A stretch of DNA of 54,933 nt from an uncultured Ruminococcus sp. (GCA_964593825.1 CAZQII010000001.1:15687-70619); one strand, 5' to 3'; counted from the stretch's first letter, positions 29,352 to 37,598 are shown. Notes: generated from the sequence alone by a model not told the origin. Translations and numbers: made by a program.

Positions 29352-29490
29352 ATTTGCAAGTCTCCTTTAAAATGTATGTAGTTTTTTTGAAGGTAAGTTT
29401 TGTAAAAGCCGTATCCTTAAAAAATGGAAATCCGGCCTCGGAAGTCATTCTGCCTTAAATTTTAGTTGTTTTTCGTTTGTGCACGTACGG

Positions 29491-30798
29491 TCAAATTTCC
29501 TTAAGCATCACGAACGTGTTTTGCTTCATTACGATCTCCTTGCCGTCGACCTTGTCGACGAGCTCGCCGTTATGCTCGGCGTCGACAAGATACATTTCGT
29601 ATTTTGCATCCTTGCCGAAATCGAGCGATACGGTCTTGTCCGGCAGACCGTCCTTGTCGGAATAATATGTAATTATCGAAACGGTCTTTCCGTTTTTAAC
29701 ACCGCAAAGAGAATATATATTATCGATGCCGCCGTTTGCTCTCACTACCTCTGCGCCGTAGAGCTCGCCGTACCATTTCAGAGCATAATATGTCGGAAGC
29801 GGCTCGTAAGTATAGTAATCGAAAGCACCGCAAAAGATCGAGGGACGCGTATCGTAATACATCATCATATCTATGCTTGACAGCTCTGCCGCCGAGATGG
29901 TCGCCATAACGAATGCGGCGCCTTTGATGCCGTGGATGGTTTGGATCGAGTATTTATATTCTTCGACCCAGCCCTTTACGTAGTTCCATTCGTTCAATAT
30001 GCTTTCCGCATTTTCGTAGCCGTGCTTAACGAGCAGGTGCTTAATTTTTTCGGCTTTTTCCGAAATTTCGCTCGGCTCGGTCGCGTAAATATGCCAAGAG
30101 AAAAAGTCGATCTCGACCTTGCGCTTTTTCATCTCGCAGAGAAAGTCGTCTGCCCAGTCGAGGCGGAAGGCGAGCGCGGGACCGCCGATCTTCAGGTCGG
30201 GAAAGCAGGCTTTCAAGTGCTTCGACGCAATTTCGTACAGATCGAAGAACTGTGCCTTTGTTCCGCCCCAGGTTCTTTTGTTATCGGAATCATCCGTGTC
30301 CAGGTCCGGCTCGTTCCAGATCTCCCAATACTTGATGCCGAGCTTGTATCCGTTTGCCCAGCCCTCGTTATAATGTCTGATAATGTGCTCGCATATCACA
30401 GCCCATTTTTCGAAGTCGCGCGGGGGGAGTGTGCCGTGCTTTTTTATCTGATGCTCGATGGTTTGACCGAGACGGAAGAAAGTTTCAACACCCGCCTCTA
30501 ATGTAGTAAGCACAGACTCATCGGTGCATGCGAAATCGTAAGATTCGGGATCGAGGGGATCGGCGTCGAAGTTGGGGAAGATGTATGTGATATCATGGCT
30601 GTACGGACCGCCGTAGATCGTATGTATAGCCGAATCGTGATTTCTCGAATATTTTAAATTTGCAGCCTTATAGTCTTCGAAATTACTTCTGAATTGATCG
30701 GTCGCATGTCTTTTGTGCCAGGGACCGCCGTTCGTCGCATTTAAGACTCTGAACTCACCGTATTTCTTATTTAAATCGAAGGATAATGCGTCTTTCAT
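29491..30798 (-). CDS. Clan GH-A glycoside hydrolase (GH39-like), cytoplasmic
   Basis: The ORF track gives 29491..30831. I prefer the internal ATG at 30798, which is preceded by AAGGAG at 8 nt. YWEIWNEPDLD carries the NEP acid/base motif of clan GH-A. No signal peptide. Confidence 0.7.
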   Translation of the reverse strand: MKDALSFDLNKKYGEFRVLNATNGGPWHKRHATDQFRSNFEDYKAANLKYSRNHDSAIHTIYGGPYSHDITYIFPNFDADPLDPESYDFACTDESVLTTLEAGVETFFRLGQTIEHQIKKHGTLPPRDFEKWAVICEHIIRHYNEGWANGYKLGIKYWEIWNEPDLDTDDSDNKRTWGGTKAQFFDLYEIASKHLKACFPDLKIGGPALAFRLDWADDFLCEMKKRKVEIDFFSWHIYATEPSEISEKAEKIKHLLVKHGYENAESILNEWNYVKGWVEEYKYSIQTIHGIKGAAFVMATISAAELSSIDMMMYYDTRPSIFCGAFDYYTYEPLPTYYALKWYGELYGAEVVRANGGIDNIYSLCGVKNGKTVSIITYYSDKDGLPDKTVSLDFGKDAKYEMYLVDAEHNGELVDKVDGKEIVMKQNTFVMLKEI

Positions 30799-30971
30799 TT
30801 TTGTCGTCTCCTTAAAATGGATGTTATGCATTTATTATACAGCATATCAAAGCTTATTTCAACAATAATTCCGAAAAAGTCGATAACGGACAACGTATCG
30901 GTCGATTTTGGACAATCGAGAGTAAAAGAATTTGTTCGGTGCATAATAATTAAAAAGGAGATGATAAAAAG

Positions 30972-31136
30972 ATGAAAAAGAAAAGGCCGGATGGCGAAAA
31001 TAAAATAAAGCGCGAATTGCGAGCCTCCAATTCGGTCGCGGACGGTGAGACGATCTCGACGGACCCGCTCGGAATGTGGACGGGAGTGCCCGAGGATCCG
31101 GGGGAAAAGCCTGTTCAGGATGCGGACGATCTTTGA
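30972..31136 (+). CDS. Small ORF (54 aa), basic N-terminus and acidic C-terminus; below the ORF-track cutoff
   Basis: Protein is MKKKRPDGENKIKRELRASNSVADGETISTDPLGMWTGVPEDPGEKPVQDADDL. AAGGAG lies 11 nt upstream and a hairpin follows at 31163..31188. Confidence 0.45.
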   Translation: MKKKRPDGENKIKRELRASNSVADGETISTDPLGMWTGVPEDPGEKPVQDADDL

Positions 31137-31237
31137 GCCCGCATTTTATATATAAGGAAAAGAAGCGCTTTTTGCCCGAAAAGCGCTTAAATGTGCTTTC
31201 GTTGGAAGAAAATAGGGTGTTTTTTCGATTTTTCCAC

Positions 31238-31266
31238 TTGACAAAATATCAAATTTAAAATATAAT
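31238..31266 (+). promoter_or_regulatory. Sigma-A promoter, exact TTGACA-N17-TATAAT, for lysC
   Basis: Sequence cTTGACAaaatatcaaatttaaaaTATAATat. The leader is only about 50 nt. Confidence 0.65.
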
Positions 31267-31321
31267 ATATACTGTATGATTTTTTATACTAAACCAATTA
31301 ACTTTATTACAGGAGATTGAC

Positions 31322-32635
31322 ATGAGTTTGAAGGTTTTGAAATTCGGAGGAACCTCGCTTGCCGATGCAGATCATTTTCGCCAGGTCGCGGAAATAATCA
31401 AGAGCGAGCCTGAGAGAAAGTATGTTGTAGCATCGGCGCCGGGAAAGAGAATGGACGGAGATACAAAGGTCACGGATCTGCTCTATGAATGCTATGAGCT
31501 TTTGTACAACGACCAGGACATCACCGATATATTCGAGCAGATCAAGTCCAGATACAACGATATAATCGCGGGACTCGGCCTTGACCTCGATCTTACGGAA
31601 ATATACGAAAAGATTAAGCGCTCGTTTATACATAACGCGGGCAGGGACTACATCGCCTCGCGCGGAGAGTATTTAAACGCAATGATCCTCGCAAAATATC
31701 TCGGCTTCGATTTTGTCGATGCGAAAAAGGTAATATTCTTTAAGGATGACGGAAACTTCGATTCCGAAAGAACGAACGAGGTATTGCGCGATTATCTTTC
31801 AAAGCATGAATATGCGGTCATTCCGGGATTTTACGGCTCTATGCCCAACGGAACGATAAAAACGTTCTCCCGCGGCGGCTCGGATATAACGGGCTCGATC
31901 GTTGCGCGTGCGGCGTCCGCTACATTGTATGAAAACTGGACAGATGTCTCGGGATTCTTGATGGCGGATCCGAGATGCATCCACGATCCCAAGCCCATCG
32001 AGATCATTACGTACAGAGAGCTGCGCGAGCTTTCTTACATGGGCGCAACCGTTTTGCACGAGGATGCGATCTTCCCGGTCAGATATTCCAAGATTCCGAT
32101 CAATATCAGAAATACCAACCGCCCCGAGGACAAGGGAACCTTCATTGTTCCCGAAACCGATAAGCCGAGTGAGGATATCATCACCGGTATCGCGGGAAAG
32201 ACGGGTTTCTCGACCATCACGATCGAAAAGGATATGATGAACTCCGAGCTCGGCTTCGGCAGGCGCGTGCTTCAGGTCATTGAGGAAAACGGAGTTTCCT
32301 TCGAGCATTTTCCGTCCGGCATCGACACGATGTCCGTCGTCGTTTCCTCAAAGGAGCTGATGTGCAAGAGGGCCGATATCATGTCGGGGATATGCAAGAT
32401 GGTAAATCCGGAGAACATTTCCGTTGAGGAAAATCTTGCCCTGATCGCGATCGTCGGACGCAGTATGGTAAAAGCGAAGGGAACCGCGGCACGTATTTTT
32501 ACGGCTCTTGCAAATGCGGGCGTAAATATCCGTATGATAGACCAAGGTTCGTGTGAGCTTAATATAATCGTCGGTGTCGATTCAAACGACTACATCACAG
32601 CTCTGCAGGCTATTTACGACGAATTCGTAAAATAA
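31322..32635 (+). CDS. lysC: Aspartate kinase
   Basis: 437 aa. N-terminus LKFGGTSLADADHF is the aspartokinase signature. The C-terminus carries ACT-domain repeats (ALIAIVGRSM, ANAGVNIRMIDQGSCELNI). Confidence 0.93.
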   Translation: MSLKVLKFGGTSLADADHFRQVAEIIKSEPERKYVVASAPGKRMDGDTKVTDLLYECYELLYNDQDITDIFEQIKSRYNDIIAGLGLDLDLTEIYEKIKRSFIHNAGRDYIASRGEYLNAMILAKYLGFDFVDAKKVIFFKDDGNFDSERTNEVLRDYLSKHEYAVIPGFYGSMPNGTIKTFSRGGSDITGSIVARAASATLYENWTDVSGFLMADPRCIHDPKPIEIITYRELRELSYMGATVLHEDAIFPVRYSKIPINIRNTNRPEDKGTFIVPETDKPSEDIITGIAGKTGFSTITIEKDMMNSELGFGRRVLQVIEENGVSFEHFPSGIDTMSVVVSSKELMCKRADIMSGICKMVNPENISVEENLALIAIVGRSMVKAKGTAARIFTALANAGVNIRMIDQGSCELNIIVGVDSNDYITALQAIYDEFVK

Positions 32636-32662
32636 TATATGTGCTTTTTCGAGCACCGCTTT

Positions 32663-32716
32663 ATCCGCGGCAGGTCACAGCATGCGATCTGCCGCGGGTT
32701 TTCTTTTGTTTTTTGC
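32663..32716 (+). terminator. Intrinsic terminator of lysC
   Basis: CCGCGGCAG-N15-CTGCCGCGG followed by GTTTTCTTTTGTTTTTT. Confidence 0.75.
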
Positions 32717-32763
32717 ATTTTTACCGACAAACAAAAATAAGGACGCACATTTTTTCCTTTAAC

Positions 32764-32791
32764 ACCCTTTTTTTCGTCGGAGCATAGTATA
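32764..32791 (+). promoter_or_regulatory. Candidate sigma-K-type promoter AC-N17-CATAgtaTA (also contains TATAAT with no -35)
   Basis: AC at 32764..32765 and CATAGTATA at 32783..32791. Matches the B. subtilis sigma-K consensus AC-N16/17-CATAnnnTA (from memory). About 60 nt upstream of the Cys-rich ORF. Confidence 0.35.
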
Positions 32792-32852
32792 ATAGCGAGG
32801 CGCAATATATTCGTCTTAGCCGTGTGTATATGCTTTTAAAGGAGAAAAAACA

Positions 32853-33713
32853 ATGCAAGAAAATAGAAATTCGGGCTTCACGTCGCGCTGCGGTGACGGG
32901 CGCGGCACCGTGTGCATCGATACAAATGTCGTGCTCGACTGCTGCAAGGACAGAGATTGCTTCGAGGATGCGAGGGTCTACCTGTGTGAGGACGGCGAGC
33001 AAATGCTGGTCGGCGGAACCAATATAAGGACCAAATCCGCCGCAATACTTTGGGCTTACGTAGGTGTTGAGGAGGTTCCGTTTAACAGCGGCTTCTACCG
33101 CATCACCGTCAGATATTATATCGAGGTCGGCTTCGAATGCTGTGTCGGAATAGGAAAGAGCAAGACCTTTAAGGGCCTCGTTGTCCTCTCGAAGGATGTG
33201 GTCCTTTACGGAGGCGAGGGAAGAGCCGTTTCGTTCTCGTCCGATCCCGAAAATAATTATTGCTCGATAGGCAATACGGATAATATGAGCACGAACGATC
33301 CGATCGCCATAGTGGAGACCGTCGAGCCGATAATACTCGGATCGAAGATCGTCGATTGCACATGTACGTGCACAACAGAGAGCGGATGTGACTGCGCAGA
33401 GATTCCGGACGTGGTACGTAACTGCTTCACGGGGAATTTCAACACATCGGACAACGGACATAAATTATATGTTTCACTCGGGATCTTTTCGGTCATCAGA
33501 GTTGAGCGACCGACGCAACTCCTTGTTCAGGCAACCGATTACAGCGTCCCCGACAAGGAATGTCCTCCCGCGCAAACGGGCGATAACCCCTGCGCAATGT
33601 TCAGGACCATGGCCTTTCCGACGACGCAATTCAGAGGCACGACAACTCCGTTAGGCGAGCTTCCGACCGGTAACGGCGGTGGCGGCGGATGCGGCTGCGG
33701 AAATAACAGATAA
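32853..33713 (+). CDS. Orphan cysteine-rich protein (19 Cys in 286 aa) with a Gly/Cys tail; putative spore coat or exosporium component
   Basis: Strong SD AAAGGAG 8 nt upstream, with its own promoter-like element and terminator. Cys clusters CC, CCVG, DCTCTCTTESGCDC and terminal GGGGGCGCGNNR. No family that I can name. Confidence 0.7.
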   Translation: MQENRNSGFTSRCGDGRGTVCIDTNVVLDCCKDRDCFEDARVYLCEDGEQMLVGGTNIRTKSAAILWAYVGVEEVPFNSGFYRITVRYYIEVGFECCVGIGKSKTFKGLVVLSKDVVLYGGEGRAVSFSSDPENNYCSIGNTDNMSTNDPIAIVETVEPIILGSKIVDCTCTCTTESGCDCAEIPDVVRNCFTGNFNTSDNGHKLYVSLGIFSVIRVERPTQLLVQATDYSVPDKECPPAQTGDNPCAMFRTMAFPTTQFRGTTTPLGELPTGNGGGGGCGCGNNR

Positions 33714-33726
33714 AGCAAAATAAAAT

Positions 33727-33786
33727 ATCCCTCGGATCTTACCGTATTTTCTCCGAGCTTTTCGGCGTGCGGCTTATCCGAGGGAT
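33727..33786. terminator. Bidirectional terminator between the Cys-rich ORF and the TrmH-family gene
   Basis: ATCCCTCGGAT ... ATCCGAGGGAT, 11-bp arms with an inner CCGA/TCGG hairpin. T-runs on both strands. Confidence 0.6.
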
Positions 33787-33792
33787 TTTTAT

Positions 33793-34575
33793 TCAATCTG
33801 CGCCTTTTCGGTTTTGGCGCATTATCTCGTATGCGAACATGGTCGTTGCGGACGCGGCGGAAAGGGAAGCGCGAAACTCACGCGCGTATTCGATCTTTAC
33901 CTTCATATCGGCAAGGTCGAGGATGTTTTTCGAAATTCCTCTGCGCTCACCGCCGACAATCAAAAATATCGGATACTTGATGTCGCACTCACCCAATGTG
34001 TGCTCCGTGTTCAGATCGGCGCAAACGACGCGGTAGCTCTTTTCCTTAAATACCGTCACAGCATCGACGGCCTCGGCGGAAAACATGGGGATCTCCTCCG
34101 ATGCTCCGGCGGAGCTGCGTGCGACGACCCCCGCCGCACTCATCCAGTTGCGCTCGGGGAGGATGACACCGTCAACACCGCAGGCGTAAAGCGAGCGGAT
34201 GGAGTAACCAAAATTGTACGGATCCTCGATCCCCTGTATCATGACATAGAAGCCGTTTTCTTTGATGAATTCGGACCGGAGCGGGGGAATGCTCCGATTC
34301 GCGCAGAGGGCCACGATGCCTCCGTGCGTGTTTCCGAGCGCGATCCGATCTATTTCGTCGGAGTCGGATTCCACAAGTTCAAATCCGTATTTCTCGGAAA
34401 CTGCCTTTAAATATCCGACCTCTTTATGTATTTTGTGCATATTCGATCTGTCAAACATGATCTTCTCGATCTTCCGGTCGTTTATACCGGCGTCGCGCGC
34501 CTTCAATATAGCGCGGATGGACGTCATACCTTCGAAAACGGTCGAGTCCTTAAAATTTAAGCTTTCCTTTCGCAT
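33793..34575 (-). CDS. SpoU/TrmH-family RNA 2'-O-methyltransferase
   Basis: The ORF track extends to 34842, but that extension overlaps spoIIID and its promoter region. Start chosen at Met-90 (MRKESL...). SPOUT motifs IEDPYNFGYSIRS, LIVGGERRGIS and SLSAASATTMFAYE. Confidence 0.85.
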   Translation of the reverse strand: MRKESLNFKDSTVFEGMTSIRAILKARDAGINDRKIEKIMFDRSNMHKIHKEVGYLKAVSEKYGFELVESDSDEIDRIALGNTHGGIVALCANRSIPPLRSEFIKENGFYVMIQGIEDPYNFGYSIRSLYACGVDGVILPERNWMSAAGVVARSSAGASEEIPMFSAEAVDAVTVFKEKSYRVVCADLNTEHTLGECDIKYPIFLIVGGERRGISKNILDLADMKVKIEYAREFRASLSAASATTMFAYEIMRQNRKGAD

Positions 34576-34635
34576 TAAAATACCGTGTCCTTCATATATA
34601 TTATTAGAGCAGTAAATTTTGGAGGGCTTCGTACA

Positions 34636-34893
34636 ATGAAACGCACCTTTACAAAAGAACGATGTGAAATATTCGGTGAATATATAGCAGAGCATAAAGC
34701 GACTGTAAGAGCCGCCGCGGCCCACTTCGGAATCAGCAAAAGCACCGTACATAAGGACCTCACATGGCACCTCAAGAGAATAAATCCCAATCTTTTTTCC
34801 GAGGTTAAGAAGGTGCTGGAAATAAATAAATCTGAGCGTCATTTGCGGGGCGGGGAAGCCACGCGCAAAAAATACTTAAAAAGGGCACGCTGA
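34636..34893 (+). CDS. spoIIID: Sporulation transcriptional regulator SpoIIID
   Basis: 85 aa starting at the internal ATG 9 nt after GGAGGG. Contains KERCEIFGEYIAEHKATVRAAAAHFGISKSTVHKDL and KSERHLRGGEAT, near-identical in pattern to B. subtilis SpoIIID. Confidence 0.92.
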   Translation: MKRTFTKERCEIFGEYIAEHKATVRAAAAHFGISKSTVHKDLTWHLKRINPNLFSEVKKVLEINKSERHLRGGEATRKKYLKRAR

Positions 34894-34929
34894 CTCTTTA
34901 GCCACCGAAAGGCGCTGTGACTTTAAAAA

Positions 34930-34960
34930 AGCAGGGAAGAGAGCACCCTGCTCTTTAATT
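34930..34960 (+). terminator. Intrinsic terminator of spoIIID
   Basis: AGCAGGG-aagagagca-CCCTGCT followed by CTTTAATTTT. Confidence 0.6.
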
Positions 34961-35232
34961 TTACAATATATATTATATAATATATCAAGAACAAATTCAA
35001 GTGTTTTTTGCCGTTTGTCAAATAACATTCGCATTTTTTACTGTGGAAGGGTGCGGAGATCGTACAACGGATCACTCGTAATTCGCACAGAATTGATATT
35101 TTAATTTAAAATGTAATACTGCCGTAGAAAAAGAATACTGCGCAGAAAGAGAGAAAATCGGCAGAGAGCGGAGCAAGATGTGCGTTTTTTATTTTCGAGG
35201 CCTAAAGGAGACACAGAAGCACAGATACATAT

Positions 35233-35262
35233 AATTATACAAAATCAAAATTTTGTATAATT
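35233..35262. repeat. Perfect 13-bp inverted repeat with a 4-nt spacer (30-bp palindrome); each arm contains a TATAAT
   Basis: AATTATACAAAAT-caaa-ATTTTGTATAATT, read directly from the sequence. Confidence 0.9.
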
Positions 35263-35505
35263 TAGGGGAGTTTTTTAAGGAAAATAGGCGAAAAAAACGG
35301 GCTTTTTTCATGATTTTGATCTAAAATTAAAAAATGCGCTGCGTATACGCGTACATCACATAATTCGGCCGTGCGGCCGTTATATCGCTCAAAACCGACC
35401 GTGCGGCGGATTTATTTACAAATTTGTATTTATTTCGGTTAAAAGCTGTGATATAATTAGTAAGCGTAAAAAAAATAAAAAAACAGAAACGGAGATTTTT
35501 TAAAA

Positions 35506-35928
35506 ATGAGAATGCGCGTACTTACACAGACATCAAAAGGAAAAATGCTGGCGATCGCCAACAAGATAACAAAGCTCATCGATGCGGACAAGGATACGGA
35601 CGTTATCATGCCGGCATATCCTTGCGACGGCGAAAGACTTATCGTTATCGTTGCAACAGCCAAGGCATCCATGCCCGATACATTCTGCCGCTTCCTTCGC
35701 ACGATAACAAGAAATAACACGGCAAATATCGCCTTCGTTATCGACGGAACGGAAGAAAATGCGAAAAAGATAGTTGAGATGACAAAGGAAAGCAACTGCA
35801 ACGTCATCGACAGCAATATCCTCTACATCAAGGGCGGACTTCCCTTCAAGTTCATGAAGTCCGTTTCTGCCGATGAGGCTGCCGCTGTTGAGAAATGGAT
35901 CGGCGAAATCAAGTCGTCTCTTGCTTAA
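35506..35928 (+). CDS. Hypothetical protein (alpha/beta, flavodoxin-like pattern; unverified)
   Basis: 140 aa with SD ACGGAG. Immediately upstream of kdgK (5-nt gap), which suggests an operon. Confidence 0.55.
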   Translation: MRMRVLTQTSKGKMLAIANKITKLIDADKDTDVIMPAYPCDGERLIVIVATAKASMPDTFCRFLRTITRNNTANIAFVIDGTEENAKKIVEMTKESNCNVIDSNILYIKGGLPFKFMKSVSADEAAAVEKWIGEIKSSLA

Positions 35929-35933
35929 AAGCC

Positions 35934-36962
35934 ATGGATTTTATTAAGTCGCGGGCTGAATTCGATCTTATCGGCTTCGGCGAAGTGATGCTGCGCCTTT
36001 CCCCGCCCGATAAGGATAAAATTTCGCAAAGTGAAATATTCGAAAAGAATTGCGGAGGCTCCGAATTCAATGTTGCCTCCGGCGCAGCCAATCTCGGCAT
36101 CCGCTCCGCACTTATCACAAAGCTGCCGAAAAACAAGCTCGGACATTTTATTTCCCGCCGCATCAGGTACGGCAATGTGTCCGACGACTATGTCCTTTGG
36201 GACGACACGCAAAGCAAGCGCCTCGGAATTTATTTTTACGAGAGCGGTGTCTATCCGCGTAAATCCGCCGTGGTATATGACCGCGCCAACTCCTCCGTCT
36301 GCTCGCTCGAGCCGGCGGAGATCCCCGAGGAAATATACACAAAAACGCGTATGTTTCACATTAGCTCCATCTCTCTGGCACTGAGCCCTACCCTGCGCTC
36401 GACCGCACTCGCGGTTATGAATAAAATGAAAGAAAACGGCGTTGCCATCAGCTTCGACGTTAATTACCGCGCGGCACTTTGGAGCGAGGATGAGGCGCGA
36501 GAGGTCGTTGAGAGCATCCTTCCGCTCGTCGACATTCTCTTCGTATCCGAGGAGACCTCAAGGAGGATGATGCGCAGGACAGGAACTCTCGACGAGATAA
36601 TGAAGAGCTATGCCGATGAATACGGCTGCAAGATCGTTGCAACAACGAGGCGCGAGGCTGTAAGCCCCACGAGGCACAATTTCGGCTCGAGAATCTATTT
36701 CGACGGTAAATTCTACGAGGAGCCTCATTATATGAATATTGAGGTCATAGACCGTGTCGGAAGCGGCGATGCGTATGTCGCGGGCGTGTTGTATGCCGTT
36801 TTATCCGGAAAGGATATAGAAAGTGCAATGACGTACGGAAACGCATTGAGCGCGATAAAAAATACCGTCTCGGGCGATATGTCGATAAGCTCCATCGAGG
36901 AGGTCGATTCGGTCATCAGATCTCACTGTGCCACCGGAGTACAGGATGAGCTTGTAAGATAA
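35934..36962 (+). CDS. kdgK: PfkB-family sugar kinase, 2-dehydro-3-deoxygluconokinase-like
   Basis: Start taken at the ATG at 35934; the ORF-track start at 35895 overlaps the upstream gene. Contains GFGEVMLRLSP, GGSEFNVA and the PfkB signature DRVGSGDAYVAG. Confidence 0.78.
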   Translation: MDFIKSRAEFDLIGFGEVMLRLSPPDKDKISQSEIFEKNCGGSEFNVASGAANLGIRSALITKLPKNKLGHFISRRIRYGNVSDDYVLWDDTQSKRLGIYFYESGVYPRKSAVVYDRANSSVCSLEPAEIPEEIYTKTRMFHISSISLALSPTLRSTALAVMNKMKENGVAISFDVNYRAALWSEDEAREVVESILPLVDILFVSEETSRRMMRRTGTLDEIMKSYADEYGCKIVATTRREAVSPTRHNFGSRIYFDGKFYEEPHYMNIEVIDRVGSGDAYVAGVLYAVLSGKDIESAMTYGNALSAIKNTVSGDMSISSIEEVDSVIRSHCATGVQDELVR

Positions 36963-36988
36963 GCAAGGATAATTTAAGAATACAAAAA

Positions 36989-37028
36989 GCAGACCTCGGT
37001 TCAAAAACGAATCAAGGTCTGTTTTTTT
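36989..37028. terminator. Bidirectional terminator between kdgK and the P-loop gene
   Basis: GCAGACCT ... AGGTCTG followed by T7. An A-run upstream gives a T-run on the minus strand. Confidence 0.6.
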
Positions 37029-37045
37029 ATATTTCCGATGAACGA

Positions 37046-37447
37046 TCAGACGTAAGCCTTTATTCCCTCGGGGCATTCCTCAACGGGAATGGAAACCGTC
37101 ATAACGAGATTGACATCGTTACAGATAGCCTTAAGCTTTCCGAGCATGGTCTCAAACTCTGCGGTATCGCCGCCGACGATCTTCAAAGCGGAGTCAACGA
37201 AGATGTCAGTAATATCGCTGTTGGATGCCAAAATTCCGGCGATAAAGCCGAAGAGCGATTCGGTATTGTCGATAGAATATGCATCGGTATCGATGAGTCT
37301 TGCTTTATATGTAATTTCGTGCTTAAGCTTGCTTCCCTTTTCTATACATATTACCGAGCCTCTGCTGGTATTTGCAGCATTATTCGAAAGCTCGATAAGT
37401 GTCTTGGTCTTGCCGGAGCCCTTACCGCCGATGAATAATTTGATCAT
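37046..37447 (-). CDS. Minimal P-loop NTPase (133 aa), function unknown
   Basis: Walker A FIGGKGSGKTKT and Walker-B-like DIFVDSA. SD AGGAGG. Monocistronic between a terminator and its own promoter-like TTGCTT-N17-TAAAAT. Confidence 0.7.
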   Translation of the reverse strand: MIKLFIGGKGSGKTKTLIELSNNAANTSRGSVICIEKGSKLKHEITYKARLIDTDAYSIDNTESLFGFIAGILASNSDITDIFVDSALKIVGGDTAEFETMLGKLKAICNDVNLVMTVSIPVEECPEGIKAYV

Positions 37448-37598
37448 AGTTTTTTCCTCCTGTGTTTTGAGATATACTCTTTCTATGTATATTTTACACT
37501 AAATCTTCGAAAAAAGCAATAGATTTTTCCCGAAAAAGAAGCGCTCCTCAAAGATTTGTTAAATATACATAAATCTGTACAAGCGTTTTTGTACAATA

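Noticed and set aside
31137-31321. Looked for a lysine (L-box) riboswitch upstream of lysC.
   Set aside because: The promoter -10 ends at 31266, leaving only about 50 nt of leader. That is far too short for an L-box of about 180 nt, and no conserved L-box helices are visible.
32721-33461. 246-aa minus-strand ORF overlapping the Cys-rich gene.
   Set aside because: It runs through the plus-strand gene's promoter and SD region and has no SD of its own. Its composition is Arg-rich and shadow-like. The plus-strand ORF has an SD, a promoter-like element and a terminator.
34576-34842. 89-codon N-terminal extension of the TrmH-family ORF, and the 17-codon extension of the spoIIID ORF from 34585.
   Set aside because: The two extensions overlap each other on opposite strands. 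The internal starts (34575 minus, 34636 plus) give full-length homologues, and the spoIIID ATG has GGAGGG at 9 nt.
34930-34960. GCAGGGAAGAGAGCACCCTGC hairpin as an SRP-RNA domain IV-like element.
   Set aside because: It is an isolated 7-bp hairpin followed by a T-rich run directly after the spoIIID stop. There is no surrounding SRP helix 5/8 structure, so it is a plain terminator.
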